Assembly: GCA_001244265.2 (NCBI GenBank)
Contig: CDLV01000004.1
Coordinates: 496,001 to 560,000, forward strand
Origin: Microbotryum violaceum
Lineage: Eukaryota
Direction of reading: 5' to 3'
Length of the DNA stretch: 64,000 bases
Shown: piece by piece, positions 12,044 to 30,971 of the stretch
Numbering within the stretch: position 1 is the stretch's first letter
How the letters are laid out: every line of letters starts with the position of its first letter
The notes under the pieces: generated by a model
What the model saw: the letters and a program-made list of their open reading frames with translations, nothing else
The model's database searches: none
Told to the model about the DNA's origin: nothing
Translations under genes and position numbers: made by a program

Positions 12044-15000
12044 TTTTTTTTTTTTTGTAGAACTTATTCATTATATTGCCCCCAATTCCTGTTCCCCCTG
12101 ATTGGCCTACGGAAAAACTAGATGGAAGTCGACGATGATAACACAAACCGCCCGCAAGATGCGAGAAACGGGCCGGTGTCCACCAATCCGATACTTGGGA
12201 TTCAAGTGCCCGAGCCAAGCGGTTGCTCCCCCAGGAGACGAATGAGAGAGAGAGAAAGAGAAAGAGTAATAAAACAATTGACTAACGACAAGAGGCCCAC
12301 CCGCCGTCACTCCCCAACTCGGTCGAGACAAAGACAGGAGATCGACTGCGCAACTACCCTGACCTGCAAAGTCCTAAGTCTATGCTCGGTCACAACAAGA
12401 TGCGGTGGAGGCCCCTCAAAACCTCCACCTCAGCAGTCCCTGGCCCCTCAAAGCCGACTTTCTGCCTGTGTCCGCTGATCCCTCCCTTGACTCAGAACCC
12501 CGAAGCCAAAGAGCGCGAGTCACCGTCGAGTCAATCTCAAATCGCGAGCCGGTCCATGAGCAACGAAGGCAGACCTGTAATAGATGAAAGATGAAAGCGA
12601 GATATTTAGTATACAATGTTTTGTTGGAAGATGAAGCGTGATGGTGTGTGTGTGTGGGGTGTGGTGGGGGGGAAATTGAACGCAGCCTCTACTGCCCTTG
12701 CCCGCCCCTTGCTCCTCCCGCCCTCAACTTCATCCTCTCCTCCAGCACCACCCTCCTCCTCTCCACGCTTTCAATCATCGTCCCGTGCTTCTGCATCCTC
12801 CATCTCCCACTGCTGATCATCTCCAAAACCATCCCCGTGAAGATCTTGATCATCCAGCCCGCCCCTTCCTGTTCGCTGAGCTTGGCCTTGAGCTTGGGAG
12901 GCCAAAGAGCTGTTGCAGTGTCGTGTACTGGGCGTCCTCGATCGTGTCGCACCCGAGTGCGTCGCAGAGCACGTCCCTTGCCGCGATCCAGACGTTCCGC
13001 GAGTCAACGCAGCCAAAAAAGTAGTGGTCGGTGTTGTCCACCGGCGCTTCGCAGACGAGGCACGCGGGAGAAGTGTTGTGATTTTGTTGATGTTGCAGCT
13101 TGCGCGTTGAGGTGAAGCGGAGAATCAGCTTGAAACAAACTTCCCTCTCCCTCGCCGTCAGTGCCTTCGAGTTGACCACCTTCCAAAAGCTCCTGAGGTC
13201 GTCCGGCTGCGGTGGTCCCTTGAGCCCGAGCGTGTTGGTAAAGGCCTTCACGTTCAGGACCCGGCGGATGTGACGGATGGTGTACGGTCAAGCCATGTTC
13301 AGCAGCTTGTACTGGCTCGCCTGCTGTGGAAGCACCGGGTCCAGAAGGCGCTGCTTCATTGTGAAGCGGGCCATGGGCTTGGGGAGAATCGCCTCGAGCG
13401 GTGCGCTGGTGCCAATCCGGAGGCAACGTTGAGCCGTCCCGCCGCCACCGCCACCGCCAAGGGCGTGTTCTTGTGTCGATCGACAGTGAACCGGTACCAG
13501 GCCGCGATTGCCAGTCGATGCGGGAGCCCGCGTCAATCGTACTCGCTGTTGTTGCCGAGCACATCCGCCGTCGGCGTCCAAAGGTGAAACCCCCCACCCG
13601 CATACAACTCGCGCCGGTAGAGATCCGCCACCTTCGGGTAGCCTTGGAGACGAAGGTAGTCAGGTATATGAACCGCGTTGATGGCCTGTCTCCCTCTGAT
13701 GGGGGTGTGGAGGCTGCCGAGCAAGGTGGGAAGCGCGAGCAGGTTTGCGGTGGTCAAGGTCCTCGGGTTGACCTGCGCGTCTTGCTGTTTCGGAACCCCC
13801 AATGCTGCTCGCCATCGGGATGGAGGTCGCTGGGGATGGGAGTGGATGGATGTGGCCAGAGATCGGTGGCCAGGTCAAGGTCCGACTGAGCTCGCTGGAG
13901 TGCCGTGCGCGCAAGTCCTTGCCAGATCGCGCCCGAACCGTCCCAGATCCGTGCCGCAACCGCGTCCACGACGTCCTGCATCCTGATCACCCCGAGTCCC
14001 CTCTTGAGCTTGGCTGTGAACACAATATCTCTGCCGTAGCTGGTCCTGCCCTTGCCCCCACGGACGAAATCGACGAGCATGTCATCGAGCTTCTTGACAA
14101 CTTCGGGCGGCGGGATGTTGGCTGCAAGGAAGTGCAGGATCTTGGGGATGGCGTACCGATTGACGTAAAAGGCACGGGTGTGGTGTGTGAGCCAGCGATG
14201 CTGAACCCCTTCCAGCGCCGCCTCGAGGCGTTCGATGAGATTCGCGTAGGCGAGTTTGGTGTCGCCGCTCGGGTCGAAGGGGAGGCCGATCCACTCGAGC
14301 GACTCGCCTGCGGCCTTGACGACGAGCGGGTGTTGCCCCGGGTCCCAGCGGCATCCTATCGGTAGGACGACCGTCTTGTCCGTGTTGAGCCGGCCATTCG
14401 TTGCATACCTCCAGTCGAGCGCCAGGTCATTGAGCAGATTGAGTGACTCCAAGCCCGCGACAGCGACAACAATGTCATCGGCGAAAGCAAGTGATGTAAT
14501 GGCGCGGCTCTGTGGGTACGGATGAAGTGCAGGTATGGACAGATTCAGCGCGATGTTTCGACGGTGTAGAGCATCCAGAAACGGCTGAAACACGATGTCC
14601 CAGACCGACGACGACGCCGGGTCCCCTTGGCCGAGCCCACACGTCAGTCGCACCGGCGCCGTTAGGAACCCATTGATGATGTAGCGGGCCGAGGTCGAGT
14701 CACCCGAGTAGAGCATCCTCAGCACGCGAAGAAAGGTGGCAGGAGCGCCCAGAGCGTCGAAGATGGCAAAGATCCAGTCATGCTCGACAAGGTCGTAGGC
14801 GGATGATTGGTCAAGAGACAAGAGCGTGGCCACGGGGAACTCGATCCTGCGCGCGCCAACTTCCTCGATCAGGAGACGAAGGTGTAGTGCAGCGTCAGCC
14901 AATCGGCGGTCCTTGATGAATCCGTGCTGCTGCGGCCGGAGGAGATCGGGTAGAATTTGGTTCAAACGGGCGACATAGACCTTGGTAAAGCTCTTGTAAT

Positions 15001-15487
15001 CGCACTCGCGCAGGGTGATTGGCCGGTACGACGAAAGTTCGGCGCAATCGGCATTCTTCTTGTGTCGCTTGAAGATGAGGCGCACGAGTTCTTGGCCCTG
15101 CTTGGGAGAGAGTGAGCCTCGCTCTATCATCGCGTCGTAGGCCTTGGTCAGCACCTTGGCCCACGCCTTGGGTGCGGTCTGGTAGAGTTCGTAGGGCACG
15201 CCCGACGGTCCCGGCGATCGCCCCGGGTGCGTCGTCCCGATCGCGGCCACGACCTCGTCCTCGGTGATTGGTTGCTGGAGTAAGTCGATCTGCAATTCCG
15301 AGAGTCGGCGCAGAAAGAGAGGATCCGAGCGCGGGTTGTCGCAAGTCCGCGCCGCCCTGATCGGCGCGAGGAATTCGTCCCGAAGTCGGTCGACGCGGTC
15401 CGGGTCACGAGGCTTGATGTGGTAGAGGCGCTGGAAATGCGCCTGCGTGTGGTCAAGAGCGACATCAATGTCATGCGTTAGCTCTCC
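12044..15487 (-). mobile_element. Non-LTR retrotransposon (L1-like LINE) copy A, 5'-truncated
   Basis: T13 at 12044-12056. RT motifs SPGPSG, YRPITL, QHGF, GLGQGDP, LAFADD. C-terminal CLVC..HYFFGC zinc finger. Frameshifted. Confidence 0.9.
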
Positions 15488-21094
<5,607 letters not shown>

Positions 21095-21147
21095 TGCCCA
21101 AACGAGCTTTCACTCCCCGCGCCGATTATCGCAACCCTCGGTCAACA

Positions 21148-23400
21148 ATGGCACCCTTGCGCACCTTGTTCCGAGACACTTGCGCTCGACAAATCACGTA
21201 CTACCTATCAGGCCACAGGTTTCTGCGACACCCGAGGATGAGCCTGATTTCGAGGTGCCCGAGAACTTTCTACAAGACAAAGACCAACAGCGAAGATCGG
21301 ACATGGTGAAGCGCGACCAGCTGTCCGCCTCCAATTGTAGTCAGCACCCGTCGACCGCCCACTCCGACAGCGAGGAAACGATCATCGAAGACAGAGACTC
21401 GTCGCGCAACCAAGTTGATGGAAGCGAGGAGGAAGGCCAAGATCGCAATCTAGTCGACTGGTAGGCTGATCGCTGCAGGAAGTAAACGCCTAGTGATGTT
21501 GACCTTGCTCTTTCAAATCCGTACGATCAACGACCTCGATCTGCAGGTACTCTGAAGACGATGCCGAAAATCCTCTCAATTGGTCTGTACCTCGCAAGAC
21601 CTTTGTGACCTTCTGTATCTCTCTCATCACAACCAGCGTCTAGTGAGTACCTTGTTTGATCTTCGTTGGCTTCGTGGGTGAGTTATCGAGGCGCTGGTGC
21701 TCGTCTAATGTATTCGGTTGGCACCTTCCAGCTCGGGATCGAGTATTTTTACTCGCGGAGTGCAAGAGACGATGCAGACCTGGAGAGTGGGACAAGTTCC
21801 TGCTACCCTCGGTCTGTCCTTGTTCGTCATCGGTTACGCGGTACGTTTGCGGACGAGTGGTGACGGTAGCATGGATGCACACGCACAGCTGGAAGACCTC
21901 CTGCTCTCGGGAGACTGACTCGACTCTGTGTTGTTTATGATGGCACAGCTTGGTCCCATGTTCTTGAGTCCTATGACTGAGATCCCCGCGATCGGGCGCA
22001 CGTTCCCATACATCATCGCCCTCACGATCTTCGTCCTTCTTCAAGTGCCAAGCGCTCTCACCACTTCTTTTTCGTGCTGCGCTTCCTCGCGGGATTCTTT
22101 GGATCGCCCCCACTCGCTACCGGCGGCGCTCGCATCTCCGACATGTTCGCTCCGGACACCCGAACGTTCGCGATGGGTGTCTACGGTCTCTCCGCCGCCG
22201 GTGGCCCAGCTCTCGGACCTGTCATTTCGGGTTTTGCGATCGCCGCCCGGGGATGGCATTGGTCGATGTGGATTTTGCTGTGGCTCTCAGGATTTGCACT
22301 CGTCTTCCTGACTTTCACCTTGACTGAGACTTCTGCGACCAACATCCTCGTTCGCCGGGCGCGCCGACTCCGCAAACTTATTGGGAAGAAAGAACTCAAA
22401 AGTCGAGGCGAGATCGAGCAAGCCAATATGAAACCCATGGATATTGTGCAAATGACCATCATCCGGCCCTAGAAAATGACTTTGACAGAGCCAATCGTCA
22501 TTGCGCTGAACGCTTATATTGCATTTGTGTAAGCTCAACTTTTCCCTTTTTCCTTACTATCTGCTTGTACCGGCGTGAACGTGGTCGAAGACTGATAGTA
22601 TAGTAAACGCACGCTCGTGCTTTGCATTTCAGGTATCACAGGTACGCTGTCCTGTACTGCTGGTTTGAGTCATTTCCCATTGTGTTCCTCGAGGGATACG
22701 GTAAGCGTGGTCTCAGGCACCTCTCAAAGCGTTCTGCAGCATGAACTACCGTGGCTGATCCCGGTCGCGAATTGGCCTATGCAGGCTGGGGTCTTGGAGT
22801 CGCCCAGTTGCCATTTCTCTCGCTGCTCGTGGGCTCCATCCTCGGTTTCGCGGGCATCACGTACTGGAATCAAAACTACTACAGGCCACTGTATAGCAAA
22901 CTTCATGCGAAAGTACCTCCTGAGGAACGACTGGTTAGTCATCCGCCCTTCGGGCCGGGCTGCGAATCCAAGTGCCTTGTAAAGTCCGAACATGTTAACG
23001 ATGTCGTTCATCGGTTTCCCTGCAGTACCCCGCTTTCGTTGGAGCGTTCTGTTACCCGATCTGCCTTTTCTGGTTCGGATGGTCGGCCAACAGGACTTCA
23101 TGGGTGGCACCCGTCATCGCCGCCGCCTTCTTCGGTATCGGGACAACTTGCATGTTCATGAGCGCGCTGAACTATCTTTCAGACGCCTACCCGCGTCACG
23201 TCGCCTCGGCATTGGCCTCCAATGGTATCGTTCGATCATTGTTAGGCGCTGCGGCACCCCTCTTCGCTGGAATCATGTTCCGCAACATTGGAATCGACTG
23301 GGTGCGTAGTGTCCAGGAAACACACTTATTTGCTCATCGCCGCGCTGGCATCCGACCATCACGCGCGCGCTTCCCACCTTCTGTCTATCATAGGGGTGGT
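21148..23400 (+). pseudogene. MFS drug:H+ antiporter (DHA1 family), multi-exon, broken
   Basis: N-terminus MAPLRTLFRD..HPE, LVDW/..D.ENPLNW, LGLSLFVIGY, LSPMTEIPAIGR, LRFLAGFFGSPPLATGG, GPALGPVISGF, NYLSDAYP..ASALASN. Frameshift near 21233, TAG at 22470, C-terminus apparently lost. Confidence 0.85.
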
Positions 23401-23837
23401 TGATCTCAACTCGGTGTCATTTCACCTAGGTTAGGTAGCACGAACCCCTTTCAGTCTAGGCACTTATTACGTTAGACATAACGAAACATTGCAAAGTGCT
23501 TTCATGGTGATACGCCAAATAATTGCTCGAAGAATACTATCATGTGTGTCACAAATCAGTGCAAACGGAGCTCAAAGCACGATGCGCCATTAGCCCGGGG
23601 CGTTTGTCTCTACTGGCGGCGCGCCGGCTCCTTCGCATCGAGAGCAGGTCGCAACCGATTGTGAACGGAGTAGTCTGTTTGGTATAGGATTACAACATAG
23701 TACCCGAAGAAGCTCCCAACCACTGATACCCGGCCTCGCCTCGGCTAGATTCGCATGCCACGACCAAATCATGTGCGAACGTCAGCGATTGGCCGACACG
23801 AAAGCCGTGCGTACTCATCCCGAAGCACGCATCGATC

Positions 23838-24534
23838 CTAGTCGTCTTCTTTTGGGGGAGGTGGTCCACAAGGTTGTAGCATCCTCTATTGCACGAAGGA
23901 GATAGGTCAGCTCGAAAGGCTTGTTTGTCCTTGGTCGGTCGATCGCGCCGTTGGGTCGAATTCGGTGGGATCTCGTCCGATGCTGGCCGACCAAAGAGAG
24001 CACTTTGCACCGATGCGAAATCCATCCGACTGCGCTTACTCACCTCTGTTAATTCAAATTTGACCCTGGCAGGGGCTTCCCCGTCTGCGATGGCCATGTA
24101 GTTGAGCAAGGGAGGGTGGCCAACGACGGAGGCGTACGTGTCGCGGTGTTGGTGCGAGAACCATTCGCTGTGCGATCGACGAGGTTGGTTCAGATGAGGT
24201 CGAATGTGGTGAGCAATTTGTGTGTGGAGAGTAGAACGGGTCAGTCCCCTGCACGGCAAAGTGGACGAGCTGAAGCGGGAGAAGGGGAGTGAGCGTACAA
24301 CTTGGTCATGTCGGCGTGTCCCGTGCCTGGTGGAAGGCAGGTCCGAGTCCGATCAGGTCATGTGAGCTGCTTGCGTTGTTAGAAATGGATGATGCTACTA
24401 CTACTGACCGACATAGCGGGCGTGCAGTTGCGCGATCTGCGTATTCGCCGTGTGTCGCAATTCGACCTGCGTGCGATGGTGGCACGTGTCAGGGGTGTAC
24501 CAAGAACACACTGACTCGGGGCAGGACTCACCAT
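23838..24534 (-). CDS. SF3B5: Splicing factor 3B subunit 5 (Ysf3/SF3b10), 5 coding exons, intact
   Basis: Spliced product M-VELRHTANTQIAQLHARYVG-TGHADMTKF-EWFSHQHRDTYASVVGHPPLLNYMAIADGEAPARVKFELTE-RMLQPCGPPPPKEDD*, with canonical GT..AG introns. Confidence 0.93.
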
Positions 24535-24676
24535 GGTGTGTGGGGTGGATGGGCGGGCGCAGGGGGATGCAGGGGGATGAGGATGGGGATGGGGCAGGAG
24601 GTGAAGCGAGAAGCGAGAAGCGAGAAGCGAGTGCAGTGGCAGTCGAGCGCGCTCAGAGCCTCTCAGAGCCAAATCA

Positions 24677-24780
24677 ACCCTAATCAACCTCACCCTAATC
24701 TACCCTAATAATACCTCACCCGGTCCTGCCTATCAACTATTAGTCCTGACCAGCTCTGACTTGTGACAGTGCTACCCTAA
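24677..24780. promoter_or_regulatory. ACCCTAA (telo-box-like) cluster in the divergent SF3B5/NDUFB7 promoter
   Basis: Four ACCCTAA copies at about 24677, 24692, 24702 and 24774 in a 410-bp intergenic region. Confidence 0.4.
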
Positions 24781-24943
24781 AAGCTGGTCCAAGCGCGCCG
24801 CCGACCACTTGCACGCCGTTCACTTTGATCACTTTCCTCGCTCTGCCGCTCCCACCTCCCACCTCCCACGTTCCTACAGCACGAGCACCCACCCTCCTCC
24901 CTCCTCACCCGCCGACTCAAGCTTCTGCACACGCTCACACACT

Positions 24944-25741
24944 ATGGGAGCACACGCCACTGGACTGTTCGAGCCGCAACCGGCCGCTCCCGAACTCGCG
25001 AACCGAGCCCGTCTGCCGATCGGGTCAGTCACTCCGTCGCACGACCCCATCCGACACGAGTAGAGCTAATCCTTCCATCTCGCACTCAATAGATGGCGTG
25101 ACCAGTGCGGAAAGTCAGTCGCCCCTCTGCCACCGACCCGCGCAGGAACACCCAGCCCAGCCCGGTCCAGCTGAGCCTCCCACTTGTCGCTCCCTCGCAC
25201 AGACTGCTGATCCCGTTGAACGTGTGCCGACACGAGAACCTCTACATGACCTGGAGTGAGTACACGTCTAACCAAAGTGGACCGTAGCGAGCGCACGCAC
25301 TGACTGACTGCTCCCCTCCTCCATCAGAATGCGACCACGAGAAGTACGACCCACTCCGAGACCCACTGGCCATCGACATAACCTGATCACTAACGTGCAA
25401 CGTGCAACGTGTAACGTGTAACGTGTTTACTCTACCCCACCTTCTCCATTCGTTGGCTTCGTCCCACAGACACGTCTACGAAAAGTAAGTTCCCAAACGC
25501 CGTCGAGGGAGCGCCGGCGGCACGTCGACGCCGAACTGACCCTTTCCCTCTTGTGCTCTTTCGCCCATAGGTGCCAATACGACGAGTCAGCATCTCGGTG
25601 AATGTCACGTACACCCCCTCCATTCCGCTGACGTCACATCCGTCCTCCCCCCCCTCGTGTTCTCACCCCGTGCTCAGCTACATGAACCGTATGAAGCAAC
25701 TCGAAAAGGCCGAGAGGAAGCGAAGAGAGGAGGAGGAATAG
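24944..25741 (+). CDS. NDUFB7: NADH:ubiquinone oxidoreductase subunit B7 (B18), micro-exon gene, intact
   Basis: Spliced product ...RARLPIG-WRDQCGK-LLIPLNVCRHENLYMTWK-CDHEK-HVYEK-CQYDD-YMNRMKQ..., with twin CX9C spacing and GT..AG introns. Confidence 0.9.
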
Positions 25742-25944
25742 ATATCGCCTTCAGTCGAGGACTAGGGACTCGCTGCGGAGTAGAGCGTGTGTAATCTTAA
25801 GGGGGGGGGGGGGGGGGGAGTTTCTATCGACAAGGCCTAGAGAGGTGTGGAGAGACGAGCTCAAGAGTCCAACAAGAGAGGACTCGGATGCAACAAGCAA
25901 GAGTCGGAAAATATTCTTTCTTTTTTCACCCTACAAAGCATAAA

Positions 25945-27330
25945 CTACTTCATATCACTCCAGCCCTCTTTCCCATCGGTCTGATTCCACAAGCTCAAAT
26001 ACTTGCCAATCTTGTTCTCCACCTCGACGGGGCCCATCGACCGCCCAAACGCGTCGACGAACTTGCCGTTCGGGTCCATGAGGTAGAAGAAGATGGAGTG
26101 GTCAACTAAATAGTCATCCGTGGGTTTCGCATCGGGTGGGGTCGAGAAATACACGCGGCTGTGACGAAACCAATCGAGGAAGGGAGAAGGATCTTGAGTG
26201 ATCACTCACGGGATAATGTCATCAACCCCAGGGAACGACTCACTAGGCTTTGCAACACTTTTTTATGTCCTCGTACGTGCCCGTCAAGCCGACCAACGAA
26301 GGAATAAAGTCTGTTATCGGAATGAAAGTGGGGGCGTTAAGGTCAGCCGCCGACCCCGAACAGGACCCAAACACAACCGAGCCGGCCTTGCTCTTGCTCT
26401 CTGTCTCTCTCACCCTGAACATAGGCCTTGACAGCTTGCACGTTGTCTCGTGCGGGGTCGCATGTGATGAAGATGGGAAGGATGTCGATCTTGTGCGATT
26501 TGGCTGTGGGGCAGAACAGGTCAGGATCTTCGGCCGGAGCGAAGGGAGGGTTTCCTAACGCGTTGAGGATGTTCGACTCACAGATGGCTTTGACTACCAG
26601 TCCCATCTTGTCCAGTTCCTCGGGCAGATGTCGGGGCAGTTGGTGAAGCCGAACTTGGAGAGCATCAGAGAAGAGAAGCGTCAGCTGCTCCGGACCGCTC
26701 GAGTGGGCCAATTAATTCGGATGAGTCACTCGCTCAAAGCAGCTTACATATACCAAGCTCCATTTGCCAACCATATCCTGATCACTGAAACTCTTCCCAT
26801 CCTGATCGGTCAGCCCGAACGGTCCACCGATATTGGGTCGTCCGATATTGGCCGTCGCATGCTCCTGCTCCTTGTGCGCCTGAATCTTGGCCTTTTCCTT
26901 TTGAAAGTAGAAATAGAGACCCAAGCCGGTGACCGCAAAGATGGCCCCTGCTCGGAGGGTGAAGGGCTGGAAGGGCATCGAAGAGGGAGCAAAGGAAGCG
27001 TGGTGAGGAGCGCAGGAATGAGATCGAAATGGTGGAGGAACTGACCCCTACTGCAGCTCTTGTCCGCGTCGAATCCGAGGGACCTTCGTAAGAGTCCGAG
27101 GCATATCCGCGGGTATTTGAAGGGGCGGATGACGATCGGAGCGATGCAGCATTGAGTACGGGCGCGAATCGTGATCGTGGTCGAGTGGACGAGGTGGTGG
27201 TGGCGATCAAGGTCGAGGCATGGCGACGCAGAGGGCGCTGGACATTCAACCCGACCTGGTGGCTAGAGCAAGATGCTACAGAACGAAACAAGCGCTTCAT
27301 TACTGTCAAGACGGTGGTGGTGGGGCGCAT
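25945..27330 (-). CDS. SCO1: Cytochrome c oxidase copper chaperone SCO1/2; apparent 1-bp frameshift after CPDIC
   Basis: Mitochondrial presequence-like N-terminus, TM helix, IGGPFGL, FGFTNCPDIC..EELDKM, PIFITCDPARD, LVGLTG, RVYFS..DYLVDHSIFFYLMDPNG. Confidence 0.92.
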
Positions 27331-27539
27331 CCTGTGTGGTGGTTGTGGAAAATGGGGAGGAGCTCAAAATCACTGAAGCCGCTGCGAATCGAGTTTCGGC
27401 GGGCCCGCGGTAACGCTCGGACCCACGGCTCGGAGACAATCGTAGTTCTGGCACTGCAGCCGGTGGCGACCGGGTCACCCTATGCTCGCATGGATCAAAA
27501 GCAGCGGCCGAGTACCATTCAACGCTATCTATCCTTTAT

Positions 27540-30500
27540 ACGACAGAAAGTCGGCCCCATCCCAGAACTTGTGTACATGATAGGGTTCCACTTCGCTGCG
27601 GCTTGGAATCGTGCAAAGTGCAGTGGTGAAAAGCGCCGGGTACTATCAAGCACTGCGACTTGCGGGTGACAATGTTTTCGAATCGGTCGTCACTGCCGCA
27701 GGCCTAAAAACTTGTTGGCGGTTGAGGTTACCCCAACTGGATAAGGTGCTGATATCGCTCCGAGCACAGCGATGGGTCGCGCTAAAAGTCTGTGCTTGCG
27801 ACCACTCGGGCTTACGTGCTCAACTCTCCAAAGCCGCTTGCACTGTGATTTTTAGCGAGAGAGGTGATGTCATGTTGCAGCGGGGCTTGAGAAACCGAAA
27901 GGGACCGTGTCGTAACTAACAACTCGGTCACTATTGAAATGTATCAAAGTAAGAAAGAGACATTAAAGTGTAAATAGGGAAGGTGGGCGGGAAGCTTAAA
28001 GGACCGAGAGATCGCTTTGCGAGGCGTAGCGATCGGGGATGATAAGTAACAGGGCAACTATGACAAAAGCACGGCGTAGCATACCTTTGCGAGGCGTAGC
28101 GCAGGCGTTCAACACAATTGAACGAGCGTCCGGGAAGACTCCGCGGGAGGTAGCCTATGGGATGCTATGCGTTAGCTTGGTGCGCCCAACTAGGGCGATC
28201 CAGGAAAGGGTGGAGATCGTACAGAGAGGTCGCAGAGAACTACTGCAGGGCAAGTGAGCTATGAGTACGTCGTGCAACTAGCCGAGCGTATTCTGAACAC
28301 TTACCTCGAGCGCGTGGCAGGCGTGCGTGCGTCGAGGGTTTCTGGAGAGCAGCGGGCTGCTGTAAGGTCCTGATGAAGGAGACTGCTGAGTGAGCGACGG
28401 ATCGCTTGGATGAGGATCCAATGTTGGAGGACCAACTGACCCTTGGCAGAGGGTGGCAGTGCTGGAGCAGCAAGCTGATCCCAGAACGTGTCGACGGTGC
28501 GGAACCGTGGAGAGGGTAAGCGGCGCGGACGCGAGGCACTCGCAGAGAGGCTGAGGGCTCTGAGGAACTGACGGAGAGACCTAGGACGCTGAGCGCTCCG
28601 GAGAGGCTAGGAAAATACGCTGAGCGCTCCTGAGAGGCTAGGATCGGCTGACGCTGAGTCAGGACTAGAATGCACGGATGCGCGCTTGAACAATGAGCGT
28701 GGAACTCTTACCGCTAAAGCTGAACAGACAAAAGACCGAGTCGGACTCTTCCACTCCGAAGGGATGTAAGCCAACACGCCTCCGGATAGTCAACAGATAC
28801 CGGTCCAAAGTACACCCTGATGTATCGATAGTGGCCATCCGCAAATTGGAAGAGGTGTCGGCCTGAAAGAAGGTGTCTGATCGGAGCCCACAATATCCTG
28901 TAGGATTCGAGCTATTCTATCAGAGCTCTCCGCTACGTCGACCGAGCCAAGACAGCTTACTCTAGAGCTTGATGGAGCACCCTGCGTTTGTATATACGGA
29001 ACATCTCGTCATTGCCTTTGTCCGCCCCTTGGACTTGAGTGGGAGGCGGATGCCACAGCATTAGCAACAGCCAGCCCACCGTTGGCAAAATAGAAGCCCC
29101 AGGCGATACTCACTTTCCACTTTAGGAAGGAAAGCTATAACGACCAAACCGCCATGGTTTTCACGTTTGAGGAATCCGGCGTTGACCCCTAGAGACATAT
29201 ACACAGGATGGGCCGAGGCAGTCCCAGTTCCGATCGACAAGACAGTTGAATCCGAGCTGGTGTCAATGCGAACGGCCACATCGGTCGGGTCGTCGAGAGT
29301 GTCCTGCGGGCGGTTACTAGTCAGTTCTCTTGATGGACTTTGCGCCGGGCGATTTCAACATCCACCCAGCGCTTACTTGCATCTCCCACGCTTTGTCTGC
29401 GATATGGGGCGCTCCATATACCCGTTGCTCCTGGCCGTTTGATTTGACCTCGAACACCTTCATGGGCCGCAGATGCTGGTGACCGCAGAATACGGGATTG
29501 GAGAGAAGATGTTGGAGCACATGATGCGCGTCCTGACATCGAACGTATGTTCCTGTGAATAGAGGGTTACTAATCGGCTCGAACCTGCTTGTGTCCCTGT
29601 CCTGGACTGGCAGCGCTTACCAGCTGCAAAAATGGAAGTTCAGCATCACTATTCGACCACCCTAAGTCCTCCGCAGTTACGATGAATTTTTCTTCGCGCC
29701 ATTCAGTGTGATGAGCTAAGTAATGGAGGAGCACGATTTAGAGTTAGGTGGAAGATTGGAGAGCTCAAAACACTTGTACAAAGCTCACCATAGGGTATTT
29801 TTTCAATTGTAGATCTGAGTTGAAGCCTGTTGCTGAAGGCATGCAGTGGTCCGCCTGCGGAGTGATATCTCGGGACTTAGATGGCGGATAAGACCCCGTT
29901 CGAGCGTCCACAACTTCGGCCGAACATACCTGAAGAAACGAGTTGTTGAAAGTGATCATCGCATTGAATAGAGACTCGGACATTGAGCGAGTCAACAGTG
30001 CATACTGATAATCCTGTTTGTCCTGACACGGATAAAAGACGTTGTTCGGGTCGAACAAATGGGCATGCGGAACCGTTGGAGGCGGAGTGTGTTTGTCACA
30101 AAGTCGTCCGTCGGCTCGGCGAGCCCAGCCTGCGAGGGGAGGTTGTTCTACTCGAAACTTGCTCTTTTGGCGAGCGTCCCACTCGGGCTGGTCATCGAGG
30201 GTAGGATTATGCTCAGAGTCTGATGAACTGTCGCTTGAGGAGTCATCATCGTAGTTGCTACAGCTCGAGTTGAAGCCATCGACGTCGCAGTCGGGCCAAC
30301 CGTTTCTGGGGTTCTTCTGTCATCTGCGGCGTCAGCGAAAGAACTCTTGGCGAGAGCGCTGTTGTCTAAGAACTTGGAGGTGACTTCGTTCAGCAGCCAA
30401 TGACGTGGGTAGTGCGCGGTTGAGCGGTCGGGGCCTTCCGTGAACGTGCAAATGTGCTTCGAGATTGCGCACATGGTGGGATGATCTCTGACAACCAGCA

Positions 30501-30541
30501 ATGTTGCATGGAATTGACTCATTTGCGAACGAGAGCCTTCA
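27540..30541 (-). pseudogene. Plavaka (CMC superfamily) transposase, intron-containing, truncated; boundaries approximate
   Basis: FYPCQDKQDYQYA, LLSNPVF..RVYG..ADKAWEMQ, SSDSTVLS..AHPVYMSLG..IAFLP, FRIYKRRVLH and FADGHYR..FGPVSVDYPEAC all match Plavaka core motifs in order. Confidence 0.8.
27908..28730. repeat. Solo LTR (about 820 bp) inside the Plavaka gene
   Basis: TGTCG...CAGACA termini. Right half homologous to 41543-41980. GACCG on both flanks (offset by AAA on the right). Internal repeats of about 31 bp. Confidence 0.7.
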
Positions 30542-30971
30542 TGTTCAAGCGACATCCCGAAGGCCTGTACTACGAGTCTACTGTCAGCGAGAGTGGACTG
30601 AAGCTGGAGGAAGGCAAGGGACGCGCGTAAACACAGCCTGAATGCAGGCGTATTTTCTCGAATTGCGCTAAGTTGTCCAAAACCACGCCGCGCAGCTAGC
30701 GCGTTGCGGCGCGACGTGGCAGCATAGGGGCCACTGCATATGTTGGCGCACGCTAAACCGCGCCCTGAAAAAACACCGAACAACAAATGTGATGTGTCAT
30801 GCGTGCTCGTTCTGTTTACCACCTTTTGACTCCCTCCCTCTTCCTCCTCACTCACTCACCTTCCCTTCCTCGCCTCTCGTCTTGTCTCGGTTGTAGCCCT
30901 TCCACCCAGGGCCTGTCCAGCAATCTGTTCAAATGTCTTCTCGACCTTCTTGAGCGAGTGCCACCGCCTCT

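Noticed and set aside
24670-24720. CCCTAA motifs as a telomere or fusion scar
   Set aside because: Few, non-tandem copies lying in a divergent promoter.
25801-25818. G18 run, and the 7-bp AACGTGY repeat at about 25391
   Set aside because: Simple sequence in a UTR and an intron, with no further evidence of function.
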